Source: Thalia democratica (lineage: Eukaryota). From it: a stretch of DNA of 64,000 bases. Under the pieces are notes generated by a model. That model saw only the letters and a list, made by a program, of their open reading frames with translations. It searched no databases and was not told where the DNA came from. The stretch lies in contig OZ241830.1 in assembly GCA_965202585.1 (NCBI GenBank), forward strand, positions 33,108,001 to 33,172,000, in the 5' to 3' direction. Shown in pieces: positions 38,417-51,037 of this stretch. The first letter of the stretch is position 1, and each line of letters opens with the position of its first letter. Both the position numbers and the translations under genes were made by a program.

Positions 38417-39925
38417 ATTATTACATACAGATATTTTTTTCGTCAAATTTGAAAAATAACAATCTTTATTTTTTGTCTTTATTTATCAAATTTATTTTTA
38501 CATCAACTTTTTTATTTAAAACTATTTTTTTATTTAACGGAAATATTTTGACTAATTTAAAAAAATAAAGCTTATTTTACATTAGTTTTGATTTATGTTA
38601 AAATTTACATAAATCTATTCTAATTAATTAAGTTTAAAAATATAGGCAGAGTTATAAAGCTTTTATTTATAAGTTAAAAGGGTTTTAATTCTGTAATTTT
38701 ATTATTTGTTTCTGTTTAGAGTTAAGAGCATTTCATGTATTATAAAATACTTACACCTAGCTATTTATTATTTTTTATATTTTCATAACTATAAATAGAA
38801 ATAGATTTAAATAGATTTATGCAAATTTTATACTTTATTCGCGACCGGTTTCGGTGGCAAGAGATTGCGACCTTTTCAAGCAAAAGTAAAATATGAAACT
38901 GCATATAATAATGTTAGTTAATTATACTGTTGTTTAAAAACTTATTCATGCGTGAAGAAAATAAACAAAAACAAAAATGTTGCATATTCAAAAATTGAAG
39001 CATATCAGAGTATATTTAGGTAAAACTGGTACTACTTTAAAAAAAAAGGATTGAATTAATATTAATACAATGAGTCAAATAAAAACACTGAATCCAGAGC
39101 TTTTCTTTATGAAAATATTAATAAAATATTTATACCTTTTCTTTAAAAAAATAATAGTAATAATAAAACATTTATACCTTGAAATTTATCTAAATGAAAT
39201 TAAGAATTGTCTAAAATTGTGGTTTTAAGCCAAGAGTCAACAAAAGATTAATAAAACAAAAAGTCGCTGAAGATTTCAAAATCTAATTTGTGTTAAGTTA
39301 ACATAACAGTCAAAATTTAAATTGATTTAATAACTATTTAAAAAAAAATTCTAAAAATTTATCTAAGTTGAATTAAGAACTGTCTAAAAATTTTTTTTTT
39401 CCAATTTAAGTCAAATAACAAAAACTTATTTTCATAACTAATATTTTTGAAAACATATCAAAAAAGTTGTAGTGTAATATAATTATAGTTAAAATTATTC
39501 AGAAAAATTGAGATCCCAATCAGAAGCTTTATAAAGTTGATAAAAGTTTGAAATACCTTCAAAAAACTTGCTTAAAATTTGTAAAGTAAAAACTTACTTG
39601 TTTTTTTTTACGATGTCTTTACGATTCTATGTGTTTACAGTAAAATATTGTTTAATGTTTAATTTATGCATAATACTTTTTACTATAAGGTTATCGTTTA
39701 CTTTTATATATAATACTCTATGTTTAATTTCTTATAAAAACTCCACTATTTAAATATTGTTATTTTTAAGTATGTTAAATTTATAGAAGACAAAACATAA
39801 AGTTTAGTAAATAAAATTTTTAGAAAAAAATTATTACTACTATTTTAAAAGAAGTTTTATTATACTTTAAAATACACTATTTACTTTTAATTGTCTTAGA
39901 TTATGTTAGATTATTGTTGTACACT

Positions 39926-42507
39926 ATGCTGTACAGAAAGATTATTTGTTGTACTAACCAAATTTAAAACAATTTTATAATTCTAATGTATAATATTATT
40001 ATTTTATTTGTAGATTATCAAACACTGTAAAATTTATTATAATCTTTGAGATCAAATTATACAATGCACTATAAAAAAAAACTTTATAAAATGTAAAAAA
40101 CTTCTTTGTTTTAAAAAACAAGGGATTATGTTAAAAATAAAAGTTCGTTAGCAAATTTAACAAACTTTTGTTAATTTTATAAAGTTTTGACAGTTTTTTT
40201 TAATATTTCTTAAATTATTGAACAAGTTTTTGTTATTCAACTAGTTTCACGAAATTCTAAAAATGAGTTACGTTTTTTTGTTTAGTAATTGACTTGTTCG
40301 TAACTAGTACCATAAAAACCTGTAATGGCATATAATCACATTCAAATGTTTTGGCTGATAAGTTATATCATAAAAATAAATTTAATCTTTACAGGGATTG
40401 TTAAAAGTATAAACGTAGTTTTATCAGTAATATGTTTAACAAAATACATGTGAAAGAATTTTTGGCTGCAGTTTCAAAGTTAAAAGCTGTCCACCCAGAA
40501 TGCGAAATATATTCTTCTAAAACACAAAAACTTTTTATTCATGAATTTAATGAAAAAGAAATACGTAGCTTGACTTGTGAAATACGTAAGGTGTTAGAAG
40601 TAGACCAGTTGCTTTTACCTTTTCAAGCGGATTTTGCAAACAAAGCAATAGATGCTTTGAAGTACTCGAGAAAAGTTGCGAAATTTTGTTTCTACGTGTT
40701 CGCATTCTTTGTGACTTTGTTTTTGGTGTCATTTTTGATGCACAACTTTCGGCTGCTCTTTGTAGATGAAAGTTCTTCAGAAAGTCCTGAGTTTGTGAAT
40801 GTTTTAAAAATGCTTGTTTTTCCATTTGCTCTAGCGACGGTGCCATTAGTACTGTTATGGAGGTTTTTTGAGGAATACACAATTAATACTAGAAGTTTTT
40901 GTGAATACACTACAGTGATAGAAAAATTTCAAGAGTCTAGAGATAGAGCAATGCAAAGGCTTGTTGATTCCTCCATACACCAAAGACTACTTGGAATAAA
41001 TAAAAAACAAGAATAATTAATAAATAGAATTTTGTTTCAAAGTTACATAATAATTACTTGTTTTATTTAACAAAATTTTTGATATATGTTTTTTTGTGTT
41101 ACTTAATCTTACTTAGAATATTGAGTTGTTTAAATGTTCATTTGAGTTAAGTTAATATATAATAAACTAGATATATTTTTTTTAAATGACTTAACAGAAC
41201 TCATGTGTTCAAGTTGAAGTAATTAAATTTTGTTTACTTCCTAACAACTTAAGTTTTAAACAACAATATTCAGTTATAAGTCAACCAAAGCTAAAAATAA
41301 AAACAGTTTAGAATATTTTAAAGTCGTATTTTCATAACCCGTATTGTATGTTACTAAACAAATGTTGTGTTAATAAACTATTGTAAAACCTAATTGTTTA
41401 TTAAAGTTGAACGAAAAAAAATACTTAAACTTGTTCTTAAATTATGAGTCGTATTGTTGTTTGCCGTATAATAAGAAATAAAATAAAATAATATCTCATA
41501 TTATCATGCTTTCAAGTTTACTTCAATAGCTGTGTTTGCATGCTTTTTGAATTAACACATACTTTGTATCATGTCTATCAAAGTTTTCTAAATAGATAAT
41601 ATTTTATGCTGTTAGCATATAGTCATTCAAAAGGAATGTGACTGTATTACATTATACGAAAGTAGAAGTTTTTATTATTTTGTTTACAGGAAATATATAG
41701 TTTAAATCTAAAAGTATTTCTAATAAAATTCTTTCAAACAATATAACATTTTAGCAATAACAGCATATCATAACCTATTTTTCTTCTTATGTTTCACAAA
41801 TGTACAAAGTTTTTTAAGAATAACTTCTTTTTAATAAATAGAAATACTGGAACAGACCGTAAAAATTTTGATAAAAATGAATAAAAAAACTATAAGAAAA
41901 TAAAGAACAAAAAGTGAATATCGTAGTATAAGAAACTAATATTGATTACAATGTTTTAAAAATTCAAAAAAAAGCTTTAAGTTTACCACGAAAAATAATT
42001 TTGTCGTTTAACTTCATAAATTTATTTTTAATATAAGTTTTGCTCAATGATCTCGTCAGTATAAATAGTTCTGAATTGCGAGTATATTTTAGTATATAGT
42101 TTCCAGATTTAGATTAAAGTCATAAAACAAGTCATAAAAATATCAAACGTTCAGCATTCAGGCAACTGTGCTTAAGCATAAAACTTAAAGTTACAAGCGT
42201 TTATTAAATATTTATAATTTAGATTACATTAAATTATTAGCATTCTGCAAACTCTGCACTTGTTGGAAAGTTAAAGAGTTGTGTTATTAAACATATACAA
42301 TTTTGAATTATTTATATGTTGTAATCAATAAAAATTTACAGTAGACCAACGTTGTTTTTGTAAAACCCATAAAGTATAACGAAAAGTTTTTATAACCAAG
42401 TAAACTCATTAATAGTATTTCATAAAAAAAATATCTAGATAAAGTTGTATTAAAAAAAAAGGTATTTTAGAGTAATTTTTAAGTTTATTTAGCTGAATTA
42501 ACAGTTT
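39926..42507 (+). repeat. Segmental duplication copy B (~2.6 kb)
   Basis: Colinear with 32530-35101. Confidence 0.9.
40432..41016 (+). CDS. 194-aa 2TM protein, paralog B
   Basis: Intact ORF with the same length and pattern as 33035-33619 (NKIHVKEFLAAVS...LKMLVFPFALATVPL...SSIHQRL). Confidence 0.8.
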   Translation: MFNKIHVKEFLAAVSKLKAVHPECEIYSSKTQKLFIHEFNEKEIRSLTCEIRKVLEVDQLLLPFQADFANKAIDALKYSRKVAKFCFYVFAFFVTLFLVSFLMHNFRLLFVDESSSESPEFVNVLKMLVFPFALATVPLVLLWRFFEEYTINTRSFCEYTTVIEKFQESRDRAMQRLVDSSIHQRLLGINKKQE

Positions 42508-43310
42508 AAACTCCTAGTAAGGTTGTTGCTAATATTTTATTGACTTTGCTTTATAAGGTTATGTTAATAAAAACCCGTGTATTGTGAAAAACTTTTGAGT
42601 TTGAATCACTTGTTAAATGTTGTACTGTTAATTTGCGTAATATTACGGTATTTGTAACTATGAAAGTTAGAAAACTAAAATAAAAAGAAATTTTTACTAT
42701 TAAAAATATTTAATTATAATTTATTTAATTAGACAAAAAACAGATATAACAAACAAAAGTTATTTAAATTTAAAGTTGTTTTTTAATAAATCTTTCAAAA
42801 ACTAGTTTTATTAAAAACATAAAAATAAAAATTAACTTATAAAATAAGAAATATACTCAGGATTAACTGATCTATATTTATATTTGCTTCTTTTTCAGAA
42901 GACTTAATCTTCAGTTTTTACAGTTAGTATATTACACATTTTTGAAAACAAATCTATATAAATAGCAACTAGTTGTTTTTTTTTTGCAAACATAATTTGA
43001 AATTAATTTTCTGGTTTAGACTTTCAAAGTTACTTATAATAAACTGATTTAAATTTATCGTATATATATGATTAGCGAGAGTTTTAATGTGAAAGTAACA
43101 AGAAAAAATTGTACATCAAACAAATTATGTTTATTGTTATTATAAGGAGATGTATAGTTTGTATGCTTTATTTTGTCAACCGTATTAAATACATTAATTT
43201 TTGCCCTAAGTTACGGAGTAAAACGTTTTTTTTTTAATATTAAAATATATTACATATTACTTTGCTAAATTTTATTAGCTTATTGGGACAATACCCTCTG
43301 TTACTTACCT

Positions 43311-43545
43311 GACTTAAACTTTGTCACCAATTTTTTGTTACTAAAGGACTTACATTGTATCAATAAACTGTTTTAATTTAATAACTAATTTAATTAATTT
43401 ACTTTAAATTAAACATTGTCACCGACTTTCTGTGACTGATTAGGACTTGAAATGTGTCATTGCACCTTTGTGGTTTAATTTGACTTAAATATTGTCACCT
43501 ACTTTCTGTGTCCTTTAAACTTAGATTGTGTCAATATCCTTTGAT
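43311..43545. repeat. Degenerate minisatellite, ~36-39-bp units in two alternating variants
   Basis: Units start gacttaaa(c/t)attgtcacc or ggactt(a/g)..tgtgtca near 43311, 43346, 43406, 43443, 43482 and 43518. Confidence 0.6.
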
Positions 43546-46500
43546 GTTTACTTTTTATTTTCTCTTAGGCATTTTTATCAACATGGCCCCTTATTGCCTG
43601 TGATAGTTTTTTCAACCATCTATGTCTTTCTGTTTAAGGTTAATTCTCATACGATTTTAAAAGATCAGACAGTAAATTCGAGTATTAATTCTTAAAAATT
43701 AAATACAAGCTTTATTGTTAAATTTCTCTAAATCTACTGTTCAATAAAATGTACTTCATAATAAAAATGAAAAAAGTAAGAATGTTAGAAAGAAATGTAA
43801 TTAGAACTACCTGAAAAATGAAAGGTAATATGGTGGTAAAATTAATTTGGGTAATATACTGTCTTGATTTTATTTAACTTTTACCTAAAAGACTGGTGAT
43901 TCGTAACCTGAAGGATTCCAAGTTAATCTAGTATGTATATGGGTAACTTAAATACAAAACAGTATGGTTAGAGTATATTTTAAACAACACTATTAACCAT
44001 AATAAATAAACTACAAAATTAGTTTAACTGATACTGATATTAATGATACTTAAAACTATTCTATACTACCTATAAAAACTAGGCATGACAAAAATTAACA
44101 TATTGTATTAAAGAACAATTGTAAACACTAACAAATATAACTACTTAGAATTTAAATAAAAAAAACTTATCATAAGTAACATTGCTAAGTAAATACTTTA
44201 TATAACACAGGAAAACAATATAAGTGTCTATTCTAGAATTACATCTCTACTGTAGAAAAACTGTGGCAGGATTTCAACTCCACCACTCTCTATGGCTGGT
44301 TAAAATATTACTCTCTCTATTTAATTCAACACTACACCAAAAAAACTTGCTTTTTGATTGACTTATTTTATGTTATTCAATATAAACTAAGCACAATAGC
44401 AAGTAAAACTGGTATTCCATTACATGGCCGTTCATTTTAAAGCTTATGGCACCGTATATTTCTATTTTGTTTTAATAATATCTAGGATAAGCTTCAAAAC
44501 TACTTTTATTAACGCCTTAGACCTTAATTTTTGTTCTTCAGCATGAACTCCAAAATATTTAATGTAAGTTTTAAAATATAGCTTCATAACCCCCTTTTAA
44601 CCCTTTAAAACTCCCTACTTTTTTCAAAACTCAGTCATATTTTCTCAGCTGTTGAAAAGTATACCGACTAAAAAAATATTTGTACTTTATTAGATTTAAT
44701 TCTAAACATTTTTTTATGCAATAATTTGTATTAGTATTTAATTAAGTAATTTTTTATCACTTTTTTTAATTTTAAATGAGTTGTTAAGCCGACAAGTATA
44801 AAAAATATTAAGTGTTGTATGCGATATAAAGTTAAATATTTTTTATATTGATTAACAAACTTAATTAAAACTAAAAAAAATCTATTTTTAACTCTTAATT
44901 AATATTTTTCTAACACTAAACCATATTTTGTTGCTATTCATTAACCAGTTTTCTTATATTACTAAACCCAAAATCTTAATAAATTAACCTATAAATAATT
45001 TTTTTTTGGTTAGTTTTTATATTATGCTAATTTTGTTTCTTTTTTAAACTTATCGTATCTTAAACTTTAAAAAAAATATTTTTATAATTTGAGGTTATAG
45101 TACGCTAAATATAGAAGGTGAAACTATTGTTGTTTAGTTTTAGTATAAATACAAACAGTAAGTGTAAAACTACAATAACAAACAAAAAAGCTTGATTAAA
45201 AAGTCAACGACAATATATTTAAAAGTTACTATGTAGCAAAGCAAATGAAAAGAGAAACTATTCAAGATTGAAATTGTCTTATTAGTTTGTTATACTTTAT
45301 CTAAGTACTATGTGTGTTGAAGTATACCAAAAACCTGGATAAAGCAGTTCAACTGTTATTTAGAATTAAAAGTTATTGTCGAAAACAGCAATTTTACATT
45401 TAATACATGTATGTATATCTATACGTAGTAAAATGTTCATTTTTAAAATAAACAGTGAGTGTTGATTTAAACTAATCTAAAGCATTACAGTTAAACTTTT
45501 AAGTATAACTATATAGTTTTTTAGATAGTTTAATTAAATAGCTTAGACATTTTAAAAACTAATATGTACTTATATAATAATTTCTTTGTTTATTTGTATC
45601 CATTTTAATCCCATTGTCTGTTTTAATAATTACATACGAAACAATAGCCAAGTAGCTTTAATCTAAAAACAGTAAAAATATAAAGCATAAGGCGTATCAA
45701 AACTGTTCAGTTAAACTAGTATGATTTTATTTTTTGTTAAAAAATTATAATTCTTTTTTATTTTCATTTTTATACTGTTATGCAGGCGTTTTAAAGGTTT
45801 TTGTTTATGCTTTATAAAAATTTCGTGTACTTTGATTAATGAAAGCCTTTTTGAGTTACTCTTTGTTTTATCTACCTTAGGTTAAAAAGTATTAAAACAA
45901 AATAGTTTTTAAGAAAAACGAGAATACTAATTATATTTTTATTTTTGAAAGAGAAAGTTAATAAACAACCTTATTTTTTAAGTAGTATGTTAATGATTAT
46001 TTGTAACCTTATAACTAAAAGTTAAAACTAAAATAATAAAAAATAATCATGATATTAATTTTTTTACTTTTTGATTTGCACATTAAAGGCTCTTTTATGA
46101 TATTAATGTGTAAATTAACAAACAGCTTAGTTATACTTTACTCAAAGAGAAACATTTACTTTTTAAATATACCAGTTAATCAAATGATACGGAAATAAAC
46201 CTTTTTTGTACAACAAACAAAAAAACTGTTTAACTCTATAGATATAGAAAAAAGCTTTTCTTATAAATTGACTGCGAGTTAGATGACAATAAAACTGTTT
46301 AAACTTTACTTGATGTGTTATAGTTTTGAAATATTTTTTGTTATTTATAAAACAATTTATATTTTTTAAGATTATATTATACTGATCATCGTTTTTCACA
46401 AGTTTAATTATAACAAAAATTTATTTTTTTTTTTGTTTTAATACAATTTTTTGCTTTATGCAGTGTATACAAAATAATTAAAGATATGGAAACAACTAAT

Positions 46501-46925
46501 CGAATTAGAATTTTTACTGACTAAAGTAAAACTATCTATTTTTAGTCAAGTATTAACTATATTTAACATCTCTCGGGAAAAAAGTCTTACTTATGTAATT
46601 TAAAAACAAATGAATCAGTATTTTAAACTTAAATTGAAGGTTTTTGCGTTTCTTAAAATAGTATTTGTTTACTTTAATTTACTTTGCAGGGTTTATAAAA
46701 CTTTCAAAATGGTGGTTTAATAAAAAAAAAAGTTTTACTAAGTTTGTTTACAAAACAAACTTTGTTTTCAACTTTATTAGTCTTATTGTTGTTCAGTACA
46801 ATTAAACGTTTTTGTTGTTAAAGTTTTTTTACAATGCAATTTAAAACAAATCAACAATAAGAATAGTTTTGTAAGTTTTTTGAACTAACTTATTTTATTT
46901 TTAGACACATTAGAAACAACTTATT

Positions 46926-47873
46926 ATGACGAGTATAATTCCTTTGGAACAAGAAGTTTTAAACAGGACTTGGACTCAAAAAGATCGCAATTTACTTGGA
47001 TTTACCATAACACTGCTAATAGCTGATATTACTCTACTTAGATGCTTTCTATACAAAATTTTCTACAAAAAGAACCACCAAATTTTCGGCAACCAGAAAA
47101 CAACACCAAATTTGGACAAAGTGATCACTTTTACACTAATTTTATTGGTGTTGCAATCCATTGTCTGCCTTAACATGATTTTGATTTCAAAAAGTGTAAC
47201 GCACGGCTTAACATGCTCAATTAACAATTTGTTTTTTCATATTTTACACTCCTTACTAAAAATTATGAAATTTTTTATCATATTCCTGCACTACTACATT
47301 TGGATCAAACAGAGACTTTTAGGGTTTTTACAACCATATGGTGACTCACACACTTTTTTTAAGATGTTTTTTGTGTTCATACTCAGTGTAAGCGTAATAA
47401 TACCGTTTAAAATGAATATTGATACAAATTTTGTACTAATTGATGGATTGTGTTTTGGAAAAACTCTTTCTTTTAAAAAAACACTTTCGTTTATTAGCAT
47501 AATGGCCGCTTTTACAGTTGTTATATTTCTTATTTGTGTGCAAATTTATTATCTCTTTCGAACCAAGCAAGAGGAAAACAAACATATTTCTAATGAGAAG
47601 GCTAAAATAGTTTTCAAAATTGTGCGTAAACAAGTCTGTTTGTTTTTAGTTCTTCACATTATTGTTGCCATTCTTTTGGCGTTATATTTTGGAAAGTTGA
47701 AACTTCTACATTCGGACGGAATGATAGAGTTTGCTAATTTAAACTATTTTGCACGTCATCTTTACAATTTTGTCTTTTGTTCTGTTTTGTGTATTTTCCG
47801 ATCTATTACTCCTAAGCTTGATATAAGAAGCGAGTTTTTGAATATTAAAAAAGAAAACTTTGTCAAAAACTAA
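46926..47873 (+). CDS. Intronless divergent 7TM (GPCR-like) protein, paralog 2, 315 aa
   Basis: Seven hydrophobic segments; TCS, GLCF and HYYIWIKQR motifs. A textbook CTAAC-polypyrimidine-AG acceptor (AG at 46903-46904) precedes the ATG. Confidence 0.88.
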   Translation: MTSIIPLEQEVLNRTWTQKDRNLLGFTITLLIADITLLRCFLYKIFYKKNHQIFGNQKTTPNLDKVITFTLILLVLQSIVCLNMILISKSVTHGLTCSINNLFFHILHSLLKIMKFFIIFLHYYIWIKQRLLGFLQPYGDSHTFFKMFFVFILSVSVIIPFKMNIDTNFVLIDGLCFGKTLSFKKTLSFISIMAAFTVVIFLICVQIYYLFRTKQEENKHISNEKAKIVFKIVRKQVCLFLVLHIIVAILLALYFGKLKLLHSDGMIEFANLNYFARHLYNFVFCSVLCIFRSITPKLDIRSEFLNIKKENFVKN

Positions 47874-50014
47874 AAGTATTATATACTTAGATTTAATTTG
47901 AAATGGTTTTGTTACAAAACATAAGTTTTGATTTCGTAAAGATGCTGCAGAAATCTATTAATTTTTTCTAATAGTTTTTCAGTAAATTTATCGAAAGTTT
48001 TAGTATATTTCAATTTTACAAATTAAAATAAGAGAAATAACTTTAAACTTAGCTATATTCTATCTGTCACCCTATTATTTGACTAAGGTGTCTATGTTTA
48101 ATGTATGATTAAAGTGTAAAAATATAAGCTGGATACAGTATTGTAATTTAAACTTCAAAAAAAAATATTTTAAAACATCTAATTACAAATCAAATCTGAT
48201 TCAGTTAAAGCTGTGACTAAATAATTTTACATATTTTTGTATATTATAATATCTTATCTGATAATAATTATGTATTTTTAAGATAATATTGTCGTGTGAA
48301 TAACTTAAATAAATTAAAACTAAAGTTTTTATATATGATCGTCGCATTTAGTTGAGTTTTTTTTTATGCACTTTTTTACAAGTTTTTATTGTGAATTTTT
48401 TTTCTACAGAGTTTATGTTTTGACTGTAGTTTTTTTTAGCTCATTATAGTTTTAATTCAAACCTGTGGTGACTTCTAATCGAAAAGTCGTTTTGTAAACT
48501 AAGTACTTAGACCAATTTGTTTTCAACATATTCGCCTTTTTTGTTTGTTTGTGATAAATAATTTGAATCTAACGAATTGTAAAGTTATTTAATTCTCATT
48601 AAACTCTTATACTATTTAAAAAAAGTTGATTAAAAGTAAACTGCTTTTTATTTTTTGAATGTTTTGTTTGAATTGATATCTTCCACTTTTGTATATAAAC
48701 AAAGCTACGTCATAATTACTTTTACAACCTGAATAAATTTTAAGCTTTGCCGTTAATTTTTATTTTCTCATAACCAACTACTAAAACATCATGAAGGCAA
48801 AACTTAAGTCTATATGTATTTTATTTGTATTTTCAAATAAATTTTGTTAGACTCTTACAAAGCAACCTCAATTACTAAAAGTTGATTCAATAAATTATAA
48901 AAGCTTTAAAACAGATTTAAGCTACTGACAAAGTATTAACATTAGTGTAACATAACTCTCGGACAGTTTTCTGACCGTTGACAAAATAATTTTTAAACGC
49001 AAGCGACACGTTAAATTTGATTTTCAAGCATAAACTTAAATTTGTTTTTATTACGTCAGTGGTGTCCTAATTTAATGTATTATAAAGTATTTTTCTATTA
49101 TTGTGCCTTCATGTTTGATTTAAGTTTTTTTCACATTTAACAAAGTTGAGGGATTATAAACTAAGTGATAAACAATTGATATTTAAGTAATAAAAAACTA
49201 ACTGAAAAATTTATTTTATTTTGGAAATTTTTTCTCAATTTTATTTTCTTAAATCTTAAATCGTGGGTCATCAAATTGCGGACCACGGGTTGAAGGTGGC
49301 CCTTTATATAAAAGCTTCTGGTCTGTCAATCATTCCTTTTAGCTAATTTAACACCTAACGCATTCGAAGCAATTCAATCTTTTTCTGTAATAACAGTTTA
49401 CAATATGTTATTGTTTGCTTCATTGAGAGAAGTTTAGCGGTTTTTGTGTTTACTTCATTGCTTATTGACTCATATATAAATTTTTAAGTAAAATTTTCGG
49501 ACGTAAAATAAAACGCTTAGAGCTTTTTGTGTTTAATGTTGCCCACCAAAATAGTTTTCGATAATACTGCAGACTTATATATAACACCACGAACTAATGT
49601 ACAGTGCAACGGTTTATTAAAATTTGTATTTAATCAGCTGAACAGTTAAAACAAACTGATAAACTATAAATAGTATATAAGTCAATAGGTAATAACATAC
49701 ATAGGAAAATAGGTAAAATTAGTTTGCATAAACGCTAAAAATTAAGCAGAAATATAATTTTAAAATTTGTATAAACAAAACTTTTAACTTAAAATATACA
49801 TCCTAAACTTTTAAACGAATACTCAGTTAAAAAAAATTTGAATGTTATAATTTTACTTTTTTCTAATACTTACAAACATATGTTTGTTGAAAATAGGAAG
49901 TGTTGAAGCAAAGCACCTTTTTAATAAAAAAAGCGTCAAATAAAAATGATAAGAATCTGAAGCAGCTTTAAGTATAATTACAGTTGCTTTTAATTTAAAT
50001 TAAAAAAAAATATT

Positions 50015-51037
50015 TTAACAAAGTTGAAGCAGATTAAATTTAAATTTAATTGAAGTGTTTGTAAACATATCATCCAGAAACTTTAAGGACGTCGCTAAAT
50101 TTTTCTTTCTAATGCTCAAGTATTCGCTTTTTATATCATCTGTAGAAACTTTAAAACGAAAGTAGCACACTATTGAACAACATAAAAAGTTGTAAAGATG
50201 GCTCACAAAATAGCCGACATCTGCAAAGTGTACTATTCCGTCTGATGGAAAACCAGTCTTCTTTACAAAGTAGACTACCAAAGAAAGTGCTATAGCTATA
50301 TGAAGTTTCAAAAACAAATATATCTGTCGACGTATGAGTTCAAAAATCAGTTTGTTCTTTTCGTTCGATGTGTGCTTTTTCTCTTCTTTGTTTGTTTTGA
50401 ACAAATAGTAACTTTGAGCGCCTATGAGGCTAAGTACGACTAGAAAAGAAGCAATGAGGCTAATGAGTGCGAGATCTTTCTTGAAAGCCAGACTTTTTCC
50501 GTAGCACAGACCATTGACAAGTACAAAGGTGGTATCCGTGTTCATTTTAAACGAAATAACTGTGCTCACACTGAGAATGAACGCGAACGTCAGTTTGAAA
50601 ATGGTGTGGGAAACGCCGTTGAACTCCAAGTACCCCAAGCATTTCTGTTTGATCCAAATGTAGTAGTGGAAGAAAATTGTGCACAGGGTCAGCACCTTCA
50701 CCCAGCAGTTGAGCGTGTAAAATACGAAGCTGTAAACTGAACACGTGACTCCGCTTGTGACGTTTTCGGAAACTAACACCATGACCAAGTAAACCACGGC
50801 ATGTGTTATCAATAAAACTAGCGTGAAGAGTAAAACTTTGTCAAGGATTGGCGTGGTTTTTTTGTCGCCAAAAATCTGATGGTTATTTTGGTGAAATATT
50901 TTGTTTAAGTAAATTGCAATTAGAACAATGTCGGCAAACAGTAAAGTGATGCTGAGCCCAGTTAAAGCTTTGTCATTAACATTCCAAGACCTTTCGGTAT
51001 TGTTTAGTTGATTTTGTTGATAAATATAAGTGTTCAT
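50015..51037 (-). CDS. Intronless divergent 7TM (GPCR-like) protein, paralog 3, 340 aa
   Basis: Colinear with paralog 2 (QIFG.KKTTP.LDKV, TCS, HYYIWIKQ, GLCYGK); convergent with paralog 2. Confidence 0.88.
   Translation of the reverse strand: MNTYIYQQNQLNNTERSWNVNDKALTGLSITLLFADIVLIAIYLNKIFHQNNHQIFGDKKTTPILDKVLLFTLVLLITHAVVYLVMVLVSENVTSGVTCSVYSFVFYTLNCWVKVLTLCTIFFHYYIWIKQKCLGYLEFNGVSHTIFKLTFAFILSVSTVISFKMNTDTTFVLVNGLCYGKSLAFKKDLALISLIASFLVVLSLIGAQSYYLFKTNKEEKKHTSNEKNKLIFELIRRQIYLFLKLHIAIALSLVVYFVKKTGFPSDGIVHFADVGYFVSHLYNFLCCSIVCYFRFKVSTDDIKSEYLSIRKKNLATSLKFLDDMFTNTSIKFKFNLLQLC

Noticed and set aside
21928-43545. Stop-codon reassignment (TAA/TAG read as Gln), suggested by the Ly6 TAG, the TAA/CAA pair at 35975 and TAAs in the 43.3-kb repeat
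   Set aside because: Intact genes end at TAA or TAG (5528, 17859, 33617, 41014, 47871), and their long frames contain no internal TAR codons. Ordinary nonsense decay explains the cases.
44400-44740. Possible non-autonomous DNA transposon interior
   Set aside because: Only a general resemblance; no terminal repeats were located.
49068-49300. Possible hAT MITE relic (CAGTGGTGTCC...GCGGACCACGGGTTG)
   Set aside because: No matching right TIR or TSD was found; too decayed to support.
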